Shown: piece by piece, positions 11,501 through 22,185 of the stretch | Layout of the letters: each line of letters begins with the position of its first letter | Numbering within the stretch: the first letter of the stretch is position 1 | Source: Macrostomum lignano | Lineage: Eukaryota | Assembly: GCA_002269645.1 (NCBI GenBank) | Contig: NIVC01002526.1 | Coordinates: 1-64,000, forward strand | Direction: 5' to 3' | DNA: 64,000 bases | Notes under the pieces: model-generated | Told to the model about the DNA's origin: nothing | Seen by the model: the letters and a program-made list of their open reading frames with translations, nothing else | Databases searched by the model: none | Program-made: the position numbers and the translations under genes

Positions 11501-14500
11501 ACAGCTACAGAGGGGATGCCAGCTACAGAGGGGATGCCAGCTACAGAAAGGATGCCAGCTACAGAGAGGATGCCAGCTACAGAGAGGATGCCAGCTACAG
11601 AGGGGATGCCAGCTACAGAGGGAATGCCAGCTACAGAGGGGATGCCAGCTACAGAGGGGATGCCAGCTACAGAGGGGATGCCAGCTACAGAGAGGATGCC
11701 AGCTACAGAGGGGATGCAAGCTACAGAGAGGATGCCAGCTACAGAGGGGATGCCAGCTACAGAGAGGATGCCAGCTACAGAGAGGATGCCAGCTACAGAG
11801 GGGATGCAAGCTACAGAGAGGATGCCAGCTACAGAGAGGATGCCAGCTACAGAGAGGATGCCAGCTACAGAGAAGATGCCAGCTACAGAGGGGAAGCCAG
11901 CTACAGAGGGAATGCAAGCTACAGAGGGGATGCCAGCTACAGAGGGGATGCCAGCTACAGAGGGGATGCCAGCTACAGAGGGAATGCCAGCTACAGAGGG
12001 AATGCCAGCTACAGAGGGGATGCCGACTACAGAGGGGATGCCAGCTACAGAGGGGATGTCAGCTACAGAGGGGATGCAAGCTACAGAGAGGATGCCAGCT
12101 ACAGAGAGGATGCCAGCTACAGAGGGGGCGCCAGCTACAGAGGGGATGCCAGCTACAGAGGGGATGCCAGCTACAGAGGGAATGCCAGCTACAGAGGGGA
12201 TGCAAGCTACAGAGAGGATGCCAGCTACAGAGGGGATGCCAGCTACAGAGGGGAAGCCAGCTACAGAGGGGATGCCAGCTACAGAAGGGATGCCAGCTAC
12301 AGTGTGGGCGCCAGCTACAGAGTGGGCGCCAGCTAAAGAGAGGATGCCAGCTACAGAGGGGATGCCAGCTACAGAGAGGATGCCAGCTACAGAGAAGATG
12401 CCAGCTACAGAGGGGAAGCCAGCTACAGAGGGAATGCAAGCTACAGAGGGGATGCCAGCTACAGAGGGGATGCCAGCTACAGAGGGGATGCCAGCTACAG
12501 AGGGGATGCCAGCTACAGAGGGGATGCCAGCTACAGAGGGGATGCCAGCTACAGAGGGGATGCCAGCTACAGAGGGGATGCCAGCTACAGAGGGGATGCA
12601 AGCTACAGAGAGGATGCCAGCTACAGAGAGGATGCCAGCTACAGAGGGGGCGCCAGCTACAGAGGGGATGCCAGCTACAGAGGGGATGCCAGCTACAGAG
12701 GGAATGCCAGCTACAGAGGGGATGCAAGCTACAGAGAGGATGCCAGCTACAGAGGGGATGCCAGCTACAGAGGGGAAGCCAGCTACAGAGGAGATGCAAG
12801 CTACAGAGAGGATGCCAGCTACAGAGGGGATGCCAGCTACAGAAGGGATGCCAGCTACAGTGTGGGCGCCAGCTACAGAGTGGGCGCCAGCTAAAGAGAG
12901 GATGCCAGCTACAGAGGGGATGCCAGCTACAGAGGGGATGCCAGCTACAGAGTGGGCGCCAGCTACAGAGGGGATGCCAGCTACAGAGGGGGCAACAGCT
13001 ACAGAGGGGATGCCAGCTACAGAGGGGATGCCAGCTACAGAGGGGGCGCCAGCTACAGAGTGGGCGCCAGCTACAGAGGGGGCAACAGCTACAGAGGGGA
13101 TGCCAGCTACAGAGGGGATGCCAGCTACAGAGGGGGCGCCAGCTACAGAGGGGGCGCCAGCTACAGAGGGGAAGCCAGCTAAAGAGAGGCTTCTCATGCT
13201 CCCCAGAAAACTCACGTCAAAGAGCGTCTGGAACGGCAGCGAGCCAACGGGCGGTGGCCCCTCCGCAGAACTCTGCATTGCTGACTGCTGATCGGCGGCC
13301 ACGTAAGTCAGCGGATTGAAACCGGGGCTATGGCGGGTTGCCGCGGCCGCGGCTGCCCCGACAGCCGATGATGATGAGGATGAGGAATGCACTTTGGCCC
13401 CGGGGATTCCAATTGGGCCGCTGCTGCTGCTCGGGAAGCCAGGCAACGGGCTGAACGAATCGCTGCCCTGGGACGAGCTCGCGTGGCCGGGACCGGCGCC
13501 GCCAAAGCTAGCGCTGCTGCTGGCGCCGACGAAGCCGACGCTGTCGTGCTCGGAGAGGTCAAGGTCATCCAGCTCTGGTAGCATGGCGCTGCTAGGAGAC
13601 GCCAGCTGGTTCTGCTGTTGGCCAGCTCTGTGCAGACCGCTGGCTGCAGTGAAAAAACGAATAGAGGCGCAGAATGTACCAAAGTCAAGAGTCAGAATCG
13701 GTATGTAAAAGCATCACTCCGGGGTCGGAACAGTGAATTTGCCTGTCGCGGATGTCACCGAACCTACTTGCTGCTTTTTATGGAATTTATCGATTTTTCT
13801 CGCCTGTAGTGAGGGGATTGTAGCCTAGTGGTTAGAGCGTTGGACTCACGACTCAAAAGTCGGGGGTTCGATTTTCGACCCACTCGGAACAATTTGTGTC
13901 TAGGGATTGCAAAATCCCGTTTTTTCCGATCCTGGGATCAGAAAAACACAGATTTTTCAGCTTTTGGGTTGAAATTTCAAGGCAAAATATGCTCTAAATG
14001 TATTTTTGCTTCCATTTTTGATTGTAATAGACATAATGATATTTTCGTAGATGAAAAACAGCATTATCTTGTGACGTATTTAAGAAAGTAGTATAAAAGC
14101 ACTAATTAGTAGTAAAGAAGCAAATCATATATCAAAATTTCAAATTTAAATCTGTGATGCGGGGTTTAAAAAGGCGCCACGCGACGTGAGGCAATTAACG
14201 GAAATTAGCGCAGTATAATAAACTTGTTGTGGGCCCAATTATGTTCATATTACAACACTTTTTGTAAAAATAATAACAAAAATTAGTCCCGGGATTTGGG
14301 CCCAATCCCGGGATTTCGGGATCATGGGATCCCGGGATTGCAATCCCTATTTGTGTCCTTGAGCAAGGCACTTAACTCTGCATTGCTTCAGTTCACCCAG
14401 CTGTAAAATGGGTGCCAGCATTAGCTGGGGTGATGGAGGGTGTGTGTGGCGACCCCCCCTCCCCAGTGTCTTTAAACTAACAGCCGTACGCAGCCTTCAG

Positions 14501-17500
14501 CTGCGGCTGAGCGGTCGGTTGCACATCTGCCCATTATAGAAGGTGTAATCAATTTTTTTTCATTATCGCCTGTATGCTGTAACTAATGGGTGCAACCGAT
14601 TTATCAAAACCACTTGTCCGCGTTATTTCACTCTTTAGTAGGTAGGTTAGGCATTGACATCCGGTCCGAACTTGTCCCCGTCACGTCCCCGAGACCTGTC
14701 TACGTGTAGCATTGAAACCCGTGAGCCGTTCGCGGAAGCTTAGAAAGCTGGATAGTTTGATGGGTGGCTAAACAGCTACTTGCACCGAATAGAAATTTAC
14801 TCTACTAGGAGCAGCAATTAAGCAATTGAAGCCAAACCTCGATTGCCGCCAACCGCTGCGGCTTGCTCCCACACGCTCGGGCTGATGAGACGGCCCAGTG
14901 TCAGTGGTGCAGGTCCCGTCGCCTGCTGTTGCTGCTGCTGCGGCTGCTGCTGCTGCTGCAGATGAAGCTGCGGCAGCTGCGGTGATTGTTGCTGCTGCAC
15001 AGCGCCCAGCATCAGCAGGCCCATGTCCTGCATAAAGTTTCGCCCGAAGTTCATCTCCGACTCCTCGTGGGCGAAGGCGCAGAACGGACCCCTTGGACAG
15101 TAGTTCTGCTGCATGACATCGTTGCACTTTGTCGACTTATAAATCTGCGCAAGTATGTTGGCAAGAAAATTCGCGTCTATCTACTGACAGTAGAATAAAA
15201 AACGTGTGTATTGCATTAACAATCACAAGTAAAATCAGCGCCGTCAAGTCAGCTGACGAGATACAGTCACGTGATTTATTGCTTTCGCTAAATGGAAGAA
15301 CATGGATCTGCGGCGCTCACCTCTGGGTGGAACTGCTGCTCGGTGCGGGTGTGGCAATACTGACAGTCGTCGGCCTGCTCGCAGAGGCTGCTGTCAAGCC
15401 ATTCGTCCGAGCTCTTCACTGCCGGACAGGGAGTTGATCTGCGATTTGGAATAAGAAGGGAGAGGTAATTGTCCAGGCTGAAGTCAATTGTCTGCGGACT
15501 GAACTGCACGCCTGGAACTTGTATGACTGGGCCTTTGTGTATTTACTGGGTGGAAGAGTGAGAGATTGAGTAGCTAAGCGTGGATGGCGAGAATGGAGAA
15601 AGAGCAATCGATTTTTCGAAATACAGAGCCCCATCAATCGATACCATTTCGTTGACTAAATTCATCTCGAATAGTGCCATACCGATGCAAGGTAAGGACA
15701 TCCATCTAGCCTGTTAATAATATCAACAAGGAAGTGCAGGTCAATTTGATGAATTCCCTGCCGGAACAAATGGAACATACTCGTGCCTCCAATTAAACTG
15801 TGAATCGTGTCAGCTGCCTTGCACTTTATCAGGTCGCTACGTATATCTCTATTTATTAAGCCACACCATGCGCGCATGCATCTTGTTAAGTTTGAAGTGC
15901 AGCTAATGGGGGAGCTGACAGCACACTGAATCAAGCAGTGGATATCGCACTTCACTACACTGTACAGTTTGATAAGAGTACAGCTTTGGAAGGGGGAAGA
16001 AGGAGCAGGGGAGAGAGGGCTTAGCAGCTTTAGATTCGTAAGTTAGAGCCGGGCAAACCCGGACAGTCGCTCTGTGGCTAGTATTTATTGATTTTTCCGC
16101 CGCTGGCTGCGCAAGCCTCGCCTCCCCCCTCTGCCCGGTCGGACCGAACCAGCCCCCCCCCCCAGTGCTCATCGATCCGCGCTGCATTTGGGGTTGCTGT
16201 ATACGGGGCTCTAAAAATAGATTTTCGTAAAGCAGGGCGACGGAAAGAGCGTCAGTTCGTATTTGGGGCTGGGGGAGGGGGCAAGGGCTGAAGCGGCGAG
16301 AGAGGAAAGACAGTTCAATAAGCTGTCAGACCTGTACAGCCCCGCTCACTGCGTTCAACAACAACCAACCAGCTGTACGTCCGCGTCTGCACCCCCTTTC
16401 TCCGTCCTCCATTCGGCTCTTGTAGTTCCAACCAAGTATTCATTTCTTTGCCATATAATCTCTCACCCTCCCCTCTGTTCGCATGCTCAAGGCCTAAGCC
16501 AGGGAGGCCTCCTCCTCCGCGAAATGAAAACAGAAAAAGCTTTTGAAGGGGGAGAGGTAGGGGATGAAGATGAATCGAAAGAGCTTTGCTGACGGAAGCA
16601 TCTTTTCCGGCTTCCCGCCCGAATATGCATTTGGCCGTACTGCATGCGCCTTATAGATAAGACTGCTTTGGATTGCACTCAAAATCCAAATTCCTATAGT
16701 GCAAGCTACCTAGGAAATTGCATGTAAGGGATGCGAATGTGGACACCCTGATTCCACCGCCTCTGCTGGACAACAGGAGTAGTATTGACCGAGATTTTTC
16801 TAGTAAAAGCACAGCAGGACGACAATGCTATTCGCAAAAAAATTAGAAATTAAAAAAACCGTTTAAAGAAGACAAACTTATAGTTTAGCTTGTGTCGCCG
16901 ATGGTCATCTAAGCTGAGAAAGTTATGCGCCAATCGCTAATCAAACAAGCGTCAAACTGGGTGGACAAGGAAGACATATTTAACAAAGTCTTTGTTTTGA
17001 TTCGTTACTTCCGTGTTCTATCAGTGGTGCTAGGCTCACAGGCTACGTACACGGGCACAGCACTCACGCAGAGTTTATAGACCGGCCATGACACACGTAC
17101 TCGTACACTTCTAGTGACCTTTATCATATGCACCTCACTGGACCTTGATCACACTCACCTGTACTTGTGCACATGCGGTCCCCGACGCTTGTCCTTGGCG
17201 TTGTGATAGAATGGACAGGCGTAGCCCTGACGGCACATTCGCGGCGGCTTGCGGCACTGCTCGGTTTTGTAGTTGGCCAGCACATAGCCCATGTCGTTCC
17301 ATTTGGGATCTTCGGACAGGACACGCTCTTTCTCCAGGCTGGCCGGCAAGTTCACAGGACAGTCGGCGGCCTCTTGAACTTCGCGGATGTCGTAAACAGG
17401 CACGCGCAGATCGTTGGCGCCGTGAGCAAAGGCGCAGTGGGCACCATTTCGTGAGCAGTGACCTCGGGCGTCCGTGTCGTGAATGCAGGTGCCGGTTTTA

Positions 17501-18423
17501 AAGTAGCGCAGATGGTAGCGCCTCTCAGTGTCGCCGGCATTTCGGTGCAGGTAGGGACAAGCGTCGGCGTTGGGGCACTCCCCTCGGGTCTCGTCGTACT
17601 TGTCGCAATACACATCAGGCGAATAAGTGAAAGTTCCGTCCGCTTTGCGCAATGGGCGACGCCGGCGCTGATTTGGAAAATGCCAATGAAAGCAGGTGAA
17701 CGGCTTATGCTGCGTGCACTTATGATTCGCAAACAGTGGGCACTGCTGAGTGCGGAAGTCGCGGAGATAACTGCAATTTGTCAGAAAAAATAAAAAATTA
17801 GTAAAGATCCACATATTGGTATGCATGATACAACATTTACAAAGGTTTGGAACAATTGGAACTGCACATTGCAAAAAGTAGTGCAAAAATTTGTTAAAAC
17901 AAAACGAAAAGTCTCTATGGTAATAAAAATAAATTTATAGCATTTTGTCTCTCAATTATTTTTTAAAACTACTATCAAAATACTTTTAACAGAAACTATT
18001 CTGCCCCTGACAAATATATGAAAAAGTTAAAAAAAATGTGAATTAATTTTTGTTTCAATGTAGCTTAAACATTTGTTTATATTCTTTATCTAATTTTACT
18101 CACAAAACTAATTAAAATGTTAAATGTTAAAACAATATAAAAGCTCAGCCATTAAATCAGAAAGTAAATCCATAATTATAGATAAGCAAAACAGCAAAAT
18201 AATGAATTTAAACTGAGACTTACTTTAAATGTTGTGGTTTTACAAAAACAGTTGGCATACCTATTCCTTGTGTTGCTAAATCTAACTCTGGGGGGAGTGG
18301 TACACTGCCTGTCAAGTTCTGAGGCGACGCTTGAGATGACATCATTGGTAGACTTGTAGAGAGAATAACATTAGATAAAGTTGCTAAAGAAGAATTCTGT
18401 GCTATGGGAGATAGTGATGACAT
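8512..18423 (-). CDS. unk: Unkempt-family CCCH zinc-finger RNA-binding protein, 7 coding exons, about 815 aa
   Basis: Exons 18423-18224, 17770-17159, 15438-15321, 15144-14838, 13643-13216, 9564-9193, 8922-8512 (2448 nt, all GT-AG, phases consistent). Joined protein reads KPQHLNYLRDFRTQQCPLF..HWHFPNQRRRRP..GDTERRYHLRYFKT..CRQGYACPFYHNAKDKRR..HTRTEQQFHPEIYKSTKC..CPRGPFCAFAH, giving six CCCH fingers. A coiled coil follows in exon 6. The exon 4 donor (GTTTGG at 14837) is the least certain junction. Confidence 0.95.
10063..13183. repeat. 18-bp minisatellite (GATGCCAGCTACAGAGRG), about 173 copies, inside unk intron 5
   Basis: Period 18 is visible throughout. The array lies between donor 13215 and acceptor 9565. 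Confidence 0.98.
13811..14560 (+). mobile_element. tRNA-derived SINE with CORE-like central domain, interrupted by a MITE
   Basis: A-box TAGCCTAGTGG 13821-13831 and B-box GGTTCGATT 13865-13873. After removing 13901-14357, the body continues TGTGTCCTTGAGCAAGGCACTTAAC..CTTCAGTTCACCCAGCTGTAAAATGGG, resembling the CORE-SINE central domain. The 3' end is approximate. Confidence 0.8.
13901..14349. mobile_element. Non-autonomous hAT-type DNA transposon (MITE), 449 bp
   Basis: Perfect 11-bp TIR TAGGGATTGCA...TGCAATCCCTA. Exact 8-bp TSD TTTGTGTC at 13893-13900 and 14350-14357. Subterminal CCCGGGA/CGGGAT repeats at the right end. Confidence 0.92.
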
Positions 18424-19489
18424 ATTCTAATGTCAAACGGAACATTAGACAGCTTTTTACTTTGAAAAGCCTATTTGTTTGTTGCTGTAAAAGCTGTCTG
18501 AAATTCCTGCTGTTGATAGTACGGAAATCATTGTATCTAATGTAAATACTAATAATGTAGTTTTTTCAAAGCATCCTGCTTATTTTTTTAAATATATATT
18601 TCGTAAATATAAACTTTTAGTAAGAGTTGTACTTTTATTAGGTATGTAAAGCTCTTTTTGTTAATCTGCTACCGTCGCAAGGTACCTTTAAACTGAAAAA
18701 AAAGTTTCTAACATAAAAGACGCTAACTACGAACTTCATCGACCCGACATCAATGATGTTACTACTCTGATTGCATTGTGTTTGTCTGAGTTCACAGAGA
18801 GACAGTAGTCTCGTAGTTTGCTAGTTCACTTCTTCGTCTGAAGCGAACAAATTGTAGGACGCTTAAATTTAACTTAAGCTAATTAACTTTTCTGGCAGTA
18901 AACAGGGTGAATTTTAACATAAGTGCCTAGGTGTAGGCGTAGGCCTAGATATATTATGCTTAATGCTTAGAAAAAGGTTAAATACCTTTTGTTTGCGTAA
19001 AGCAATTTGATATATATATACATTTGGACTTGTATGCATATGTATACATTTGTATACATTTGGACAAAAATGATCAGTGTCTAATACTATTAGGCGGCAT
19101 AGGCCTAAAGCAAAATAGACTGCAAAAGCATTAGGCCTAGAAATTTAATTTTAAGATAGGGGCCTACAAATTTTTTTTCAATTTTTGATTAATTTTCAAA
19201 AGTATGGTTTATTTTTATTTAAGCAACTTAGATTTATCAAATAAAATAAAAATACAAGGTTATTAATATATACTACTACTAGGTGAAATTCAAAAATTAG
19301 GGGCAAGTTCTGTCAAAATTGTTTTTGGCAATTCAGAAGTAACATGCACAACCTTGGGAATCACTTGGCCATTTCTATTGGCAACACACACACATACAAA
19401 TTGCTATTGGCTAAGAGCAGTCACGTGACTAGGCCCTATTATTCTGTCTAATAGTAATTTATATGTGTATGTTGCCAATAGAAATGGCT

Positions 19490-20566
19490 GGGTGAATTCT
19501 GTCAAAATGGCCACACAACAAAATGGCCACACTGTCAAAATGGCCACACAACAAAATGGCCACATAAAACAAAATGTTACACTTACAGATGTCTATCACA
19601 TTTACTACTATTAGGACTTTATTAATGTAGTTTCGAGTGACATTTAGCTCCAATACTATAGTGCACTACAAAAATCCAAAAGCATGCAAGTACCTTTGTG
19701 ATTATTTCTACTTTTGTGATCAATTTAACTTGGGTTTTTTTGCCAGAGACAAGGTGTGAAATCGCACCTTGTGCCAAATTTCAAGGTGCGATTTTAAGGC
19801 TTAGAGTGCAATTTCTCTTGAGTCTTGTTTCAGACAACTAGGAATGTATATTTTAATATCTTACATAAGGCTATAGCCATAGGCTATATCGCCTATATGA
19901 CTTAATAGGATTTAAAGAGTTATTTTGTTTCATATTTTAAAGCAGTGCATGAAAAATAGCTTAAGCATGGTTAAGCCTTTAAAAAATGGTTATAAGACCG
20001 CACCTAAACCGCACCTACTTTTTTAATTTTAGTGTGCAATTTTAAAATTTAAGGTATATACGCATACTATGTGCACAAAAAAACCCTGCATTTAACTTTT
20101 GTGGTAAATTTTGCTTTGTGATTCATTGTACCTCTATTACTCTATGATGCATTTAACATTTCATTTCAACAATTACTTAACTAATTGTTGGTCACTCTAT
20201 AAAATACAATTTTGTCTTCGCTTCTTTGATGCATTCTTTTTGGATGCATGTTGCCTGCATAAATTTCATAATATCTCAATGCATTCACTTCTTTTGCATT
20301 TTGATGCAAAATGATGCAAGTACCAAAGTTAAAATTAATTAAGAACATGAAGTATACTCAATTACATCAATGTATTACTTTAAGAATAACAAGAGTTTAG
20401 AATATTCATAGTAGAGGCTGTGTTTATCATACAATATTAAGAATGAAACAAGTGGGATACCTGCAATACTTTTTGTTTTATGTAGGCATTTGGTTTTGTA
20501 GCCATTTTGATAGTGTGGCTGTTTTTTTATGTGCCTGTTCTGCATGTGGCCATTTTGATAGCACCC
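19490..20566. mobile_element. Degenerate MITE-like element with subterminal AAAATGGCCACA repeats
   Basis: Left end GGGTGAATTCTGTCAAAATGGCCACA with about 4 tandem AAAATGGCCACA. Right end TGTGGCCATTTTGATAGCACCC is its inverted counterpart. No TSD found. Confidence 0.5.
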
Positions 20567-21034
20567 TATAAATCCCTAGGTTGCACCCAAGCATGAAAGG
20601 CAAAAAGCTTTAAAAAATATAATTTAGTTTAAAAAATAGAAATATATCTATAAAAGCACAAATTATCTATGTGTAATCTTATTAATTATAAAATGATTTG
20701 GTAAAATATTAAATTTACTTATGTCATATGACTAAAATAACTCTTATAGAAATGATAGAAAAGGTCTTACAGCATATTTATTAATGGTAGAATGGTAGAA
20801 TGGTAAATGGCAGTGCACGGGGATGGCTCACAACACAGACAAACCATTTTTATTATATGGGATTATAGACATATATCCAGGGGTCCCTAATATAGTTGGC
20901 ATACAATTTCTGTCATTTTAAAGATATAATTATTTATTTGTCCAACTTATATTTTTTAAATTTTTATTCCTGTATATCTATGTAGTTTCTATTTATTAAG
21001 ACATAAATAATTAATACTACATAGAAATACATAG

Positions 21035-21820
21035 GGCTCATTCCATATAAGCATGGTCGTAACATGACAGGCTATTTTTACTTATAAAATGAAATATAAT
21101 AATAGAATATACTAAACCAATATTTTAAATGAAAGATAATTTTGTCAAAAATATTTTTATAGAGTTTCATGTAGATATCATCATTAGTATAGATGCTATT
21201 AAACCTTGAATGGCACTTATGGTCGTAACAACAGGATTTTTGACATATAGAAACTAAAAGGTAAAAGTCTTATAACATTTTTATTTTTGATATTTTGCAA
21301 TACATTTTTTAAAATTTGACTAAGAACATCTTTAGTAATCATACTCTTTTATTAGAATATATAAACTCAAAAAGGCAACAAAGATACAAAAGAAAAGGCA
21401 GCCTTATGGTCGTAACATTATGGTCGTAACATATTTTTTTCTGTCAATTCAGTAACTTTGAGGTACCAATATATTAAAAATATAATAGATTATTTGGTCA
21501 CCAATACTTTTATCTGATGATGCAAGTACTATACTTTTATCTATAGTTTGTTTCAACCTTCCAAAGCTTTCTATTTGTTTTTAAAAGGTACACAAACTTA
21601 ATGATGTCTTTTGCTTAGAAAAATGTTTAAATTTTTACAAAAATGACTTTTTGCCACTTGATAGCATACTAATCTAACATTTTATCATTCATTTATTCTT
21701 AGATTGTAGATATTACACATAAAAAACATTTGGTAAAAAAATGGCTGATAAGACAATGGCAAGCAAAAATATTGACTTTTTTCTATTTTCCAAAAATGTC
21801 CATCTTATATGGAATGAGCC
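21035..21820. mobile_element. Non-autonomous TIR element, 786 bp, apparent 4-bp TSD
   Basis: Perfect 17-bp TIR GGCTCATTCCATATAAG (21035-21051) / CTTATATGGAATGAGCC (21804-21820), flanked on both sides by ATAG. Internal ATGGTCGTAACA motif occurs 4 times (~21053, 21219, 21406, 21420). Confidence 0.75.
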
Positions 21821-22185
21821 ATAGATAGTGTATAGATTGTCTTTTTAAAATTTATTCTACTATATATTCTGCCACTTTTTTAATTATAGATAGCATCTAG
21901 TGCATGCTAAAAGTGCTATATGCTAAATGACTAGCAAGCCGTGCACTGTCTCCTTATTATAAAATACAAACAAGCCAACCATTTTTAGGCTTACAAGCAA
22001 CATACAATGTCTGCAGTTATATTAATATCTAAGAATTTGAGAATAAAAATGCAATATATTTTAGCTTTTAATATAGAAAGGACTTGCTAGAGCATAGTAC
22101 CCCTTGTCCTAATTTGTAGCTTCAAAAAGATAAAAACAACAAACTTTGATGCAAAAGCTTTAATCACACTAAATTGAAAAAAAAA

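Noticed and set aside
10027-13291. Long ORFs of 769, 622, 1065 and 246 aa (YREDAS, CSWHPL and MPATER repeats)
   Set aside because: These are translations of a stop-poor 18-bp minisatellite inside a well-defined unk intron. There is no independent gene structure.
13811-13886. tRNA gene (Val-like CAC loop)
   Set aside because: A and B boxes are present, but the T-arm and acceptor stem do not pair properly and the sequence continues into a SINE body.
16080-16700. GC-rich block and short ORFs in unk intron 2 as an alternative exon
   Set aside because: I found no phase-compatible splice pair or recognisable peptide. It may be regulatory, but this is not supportable.
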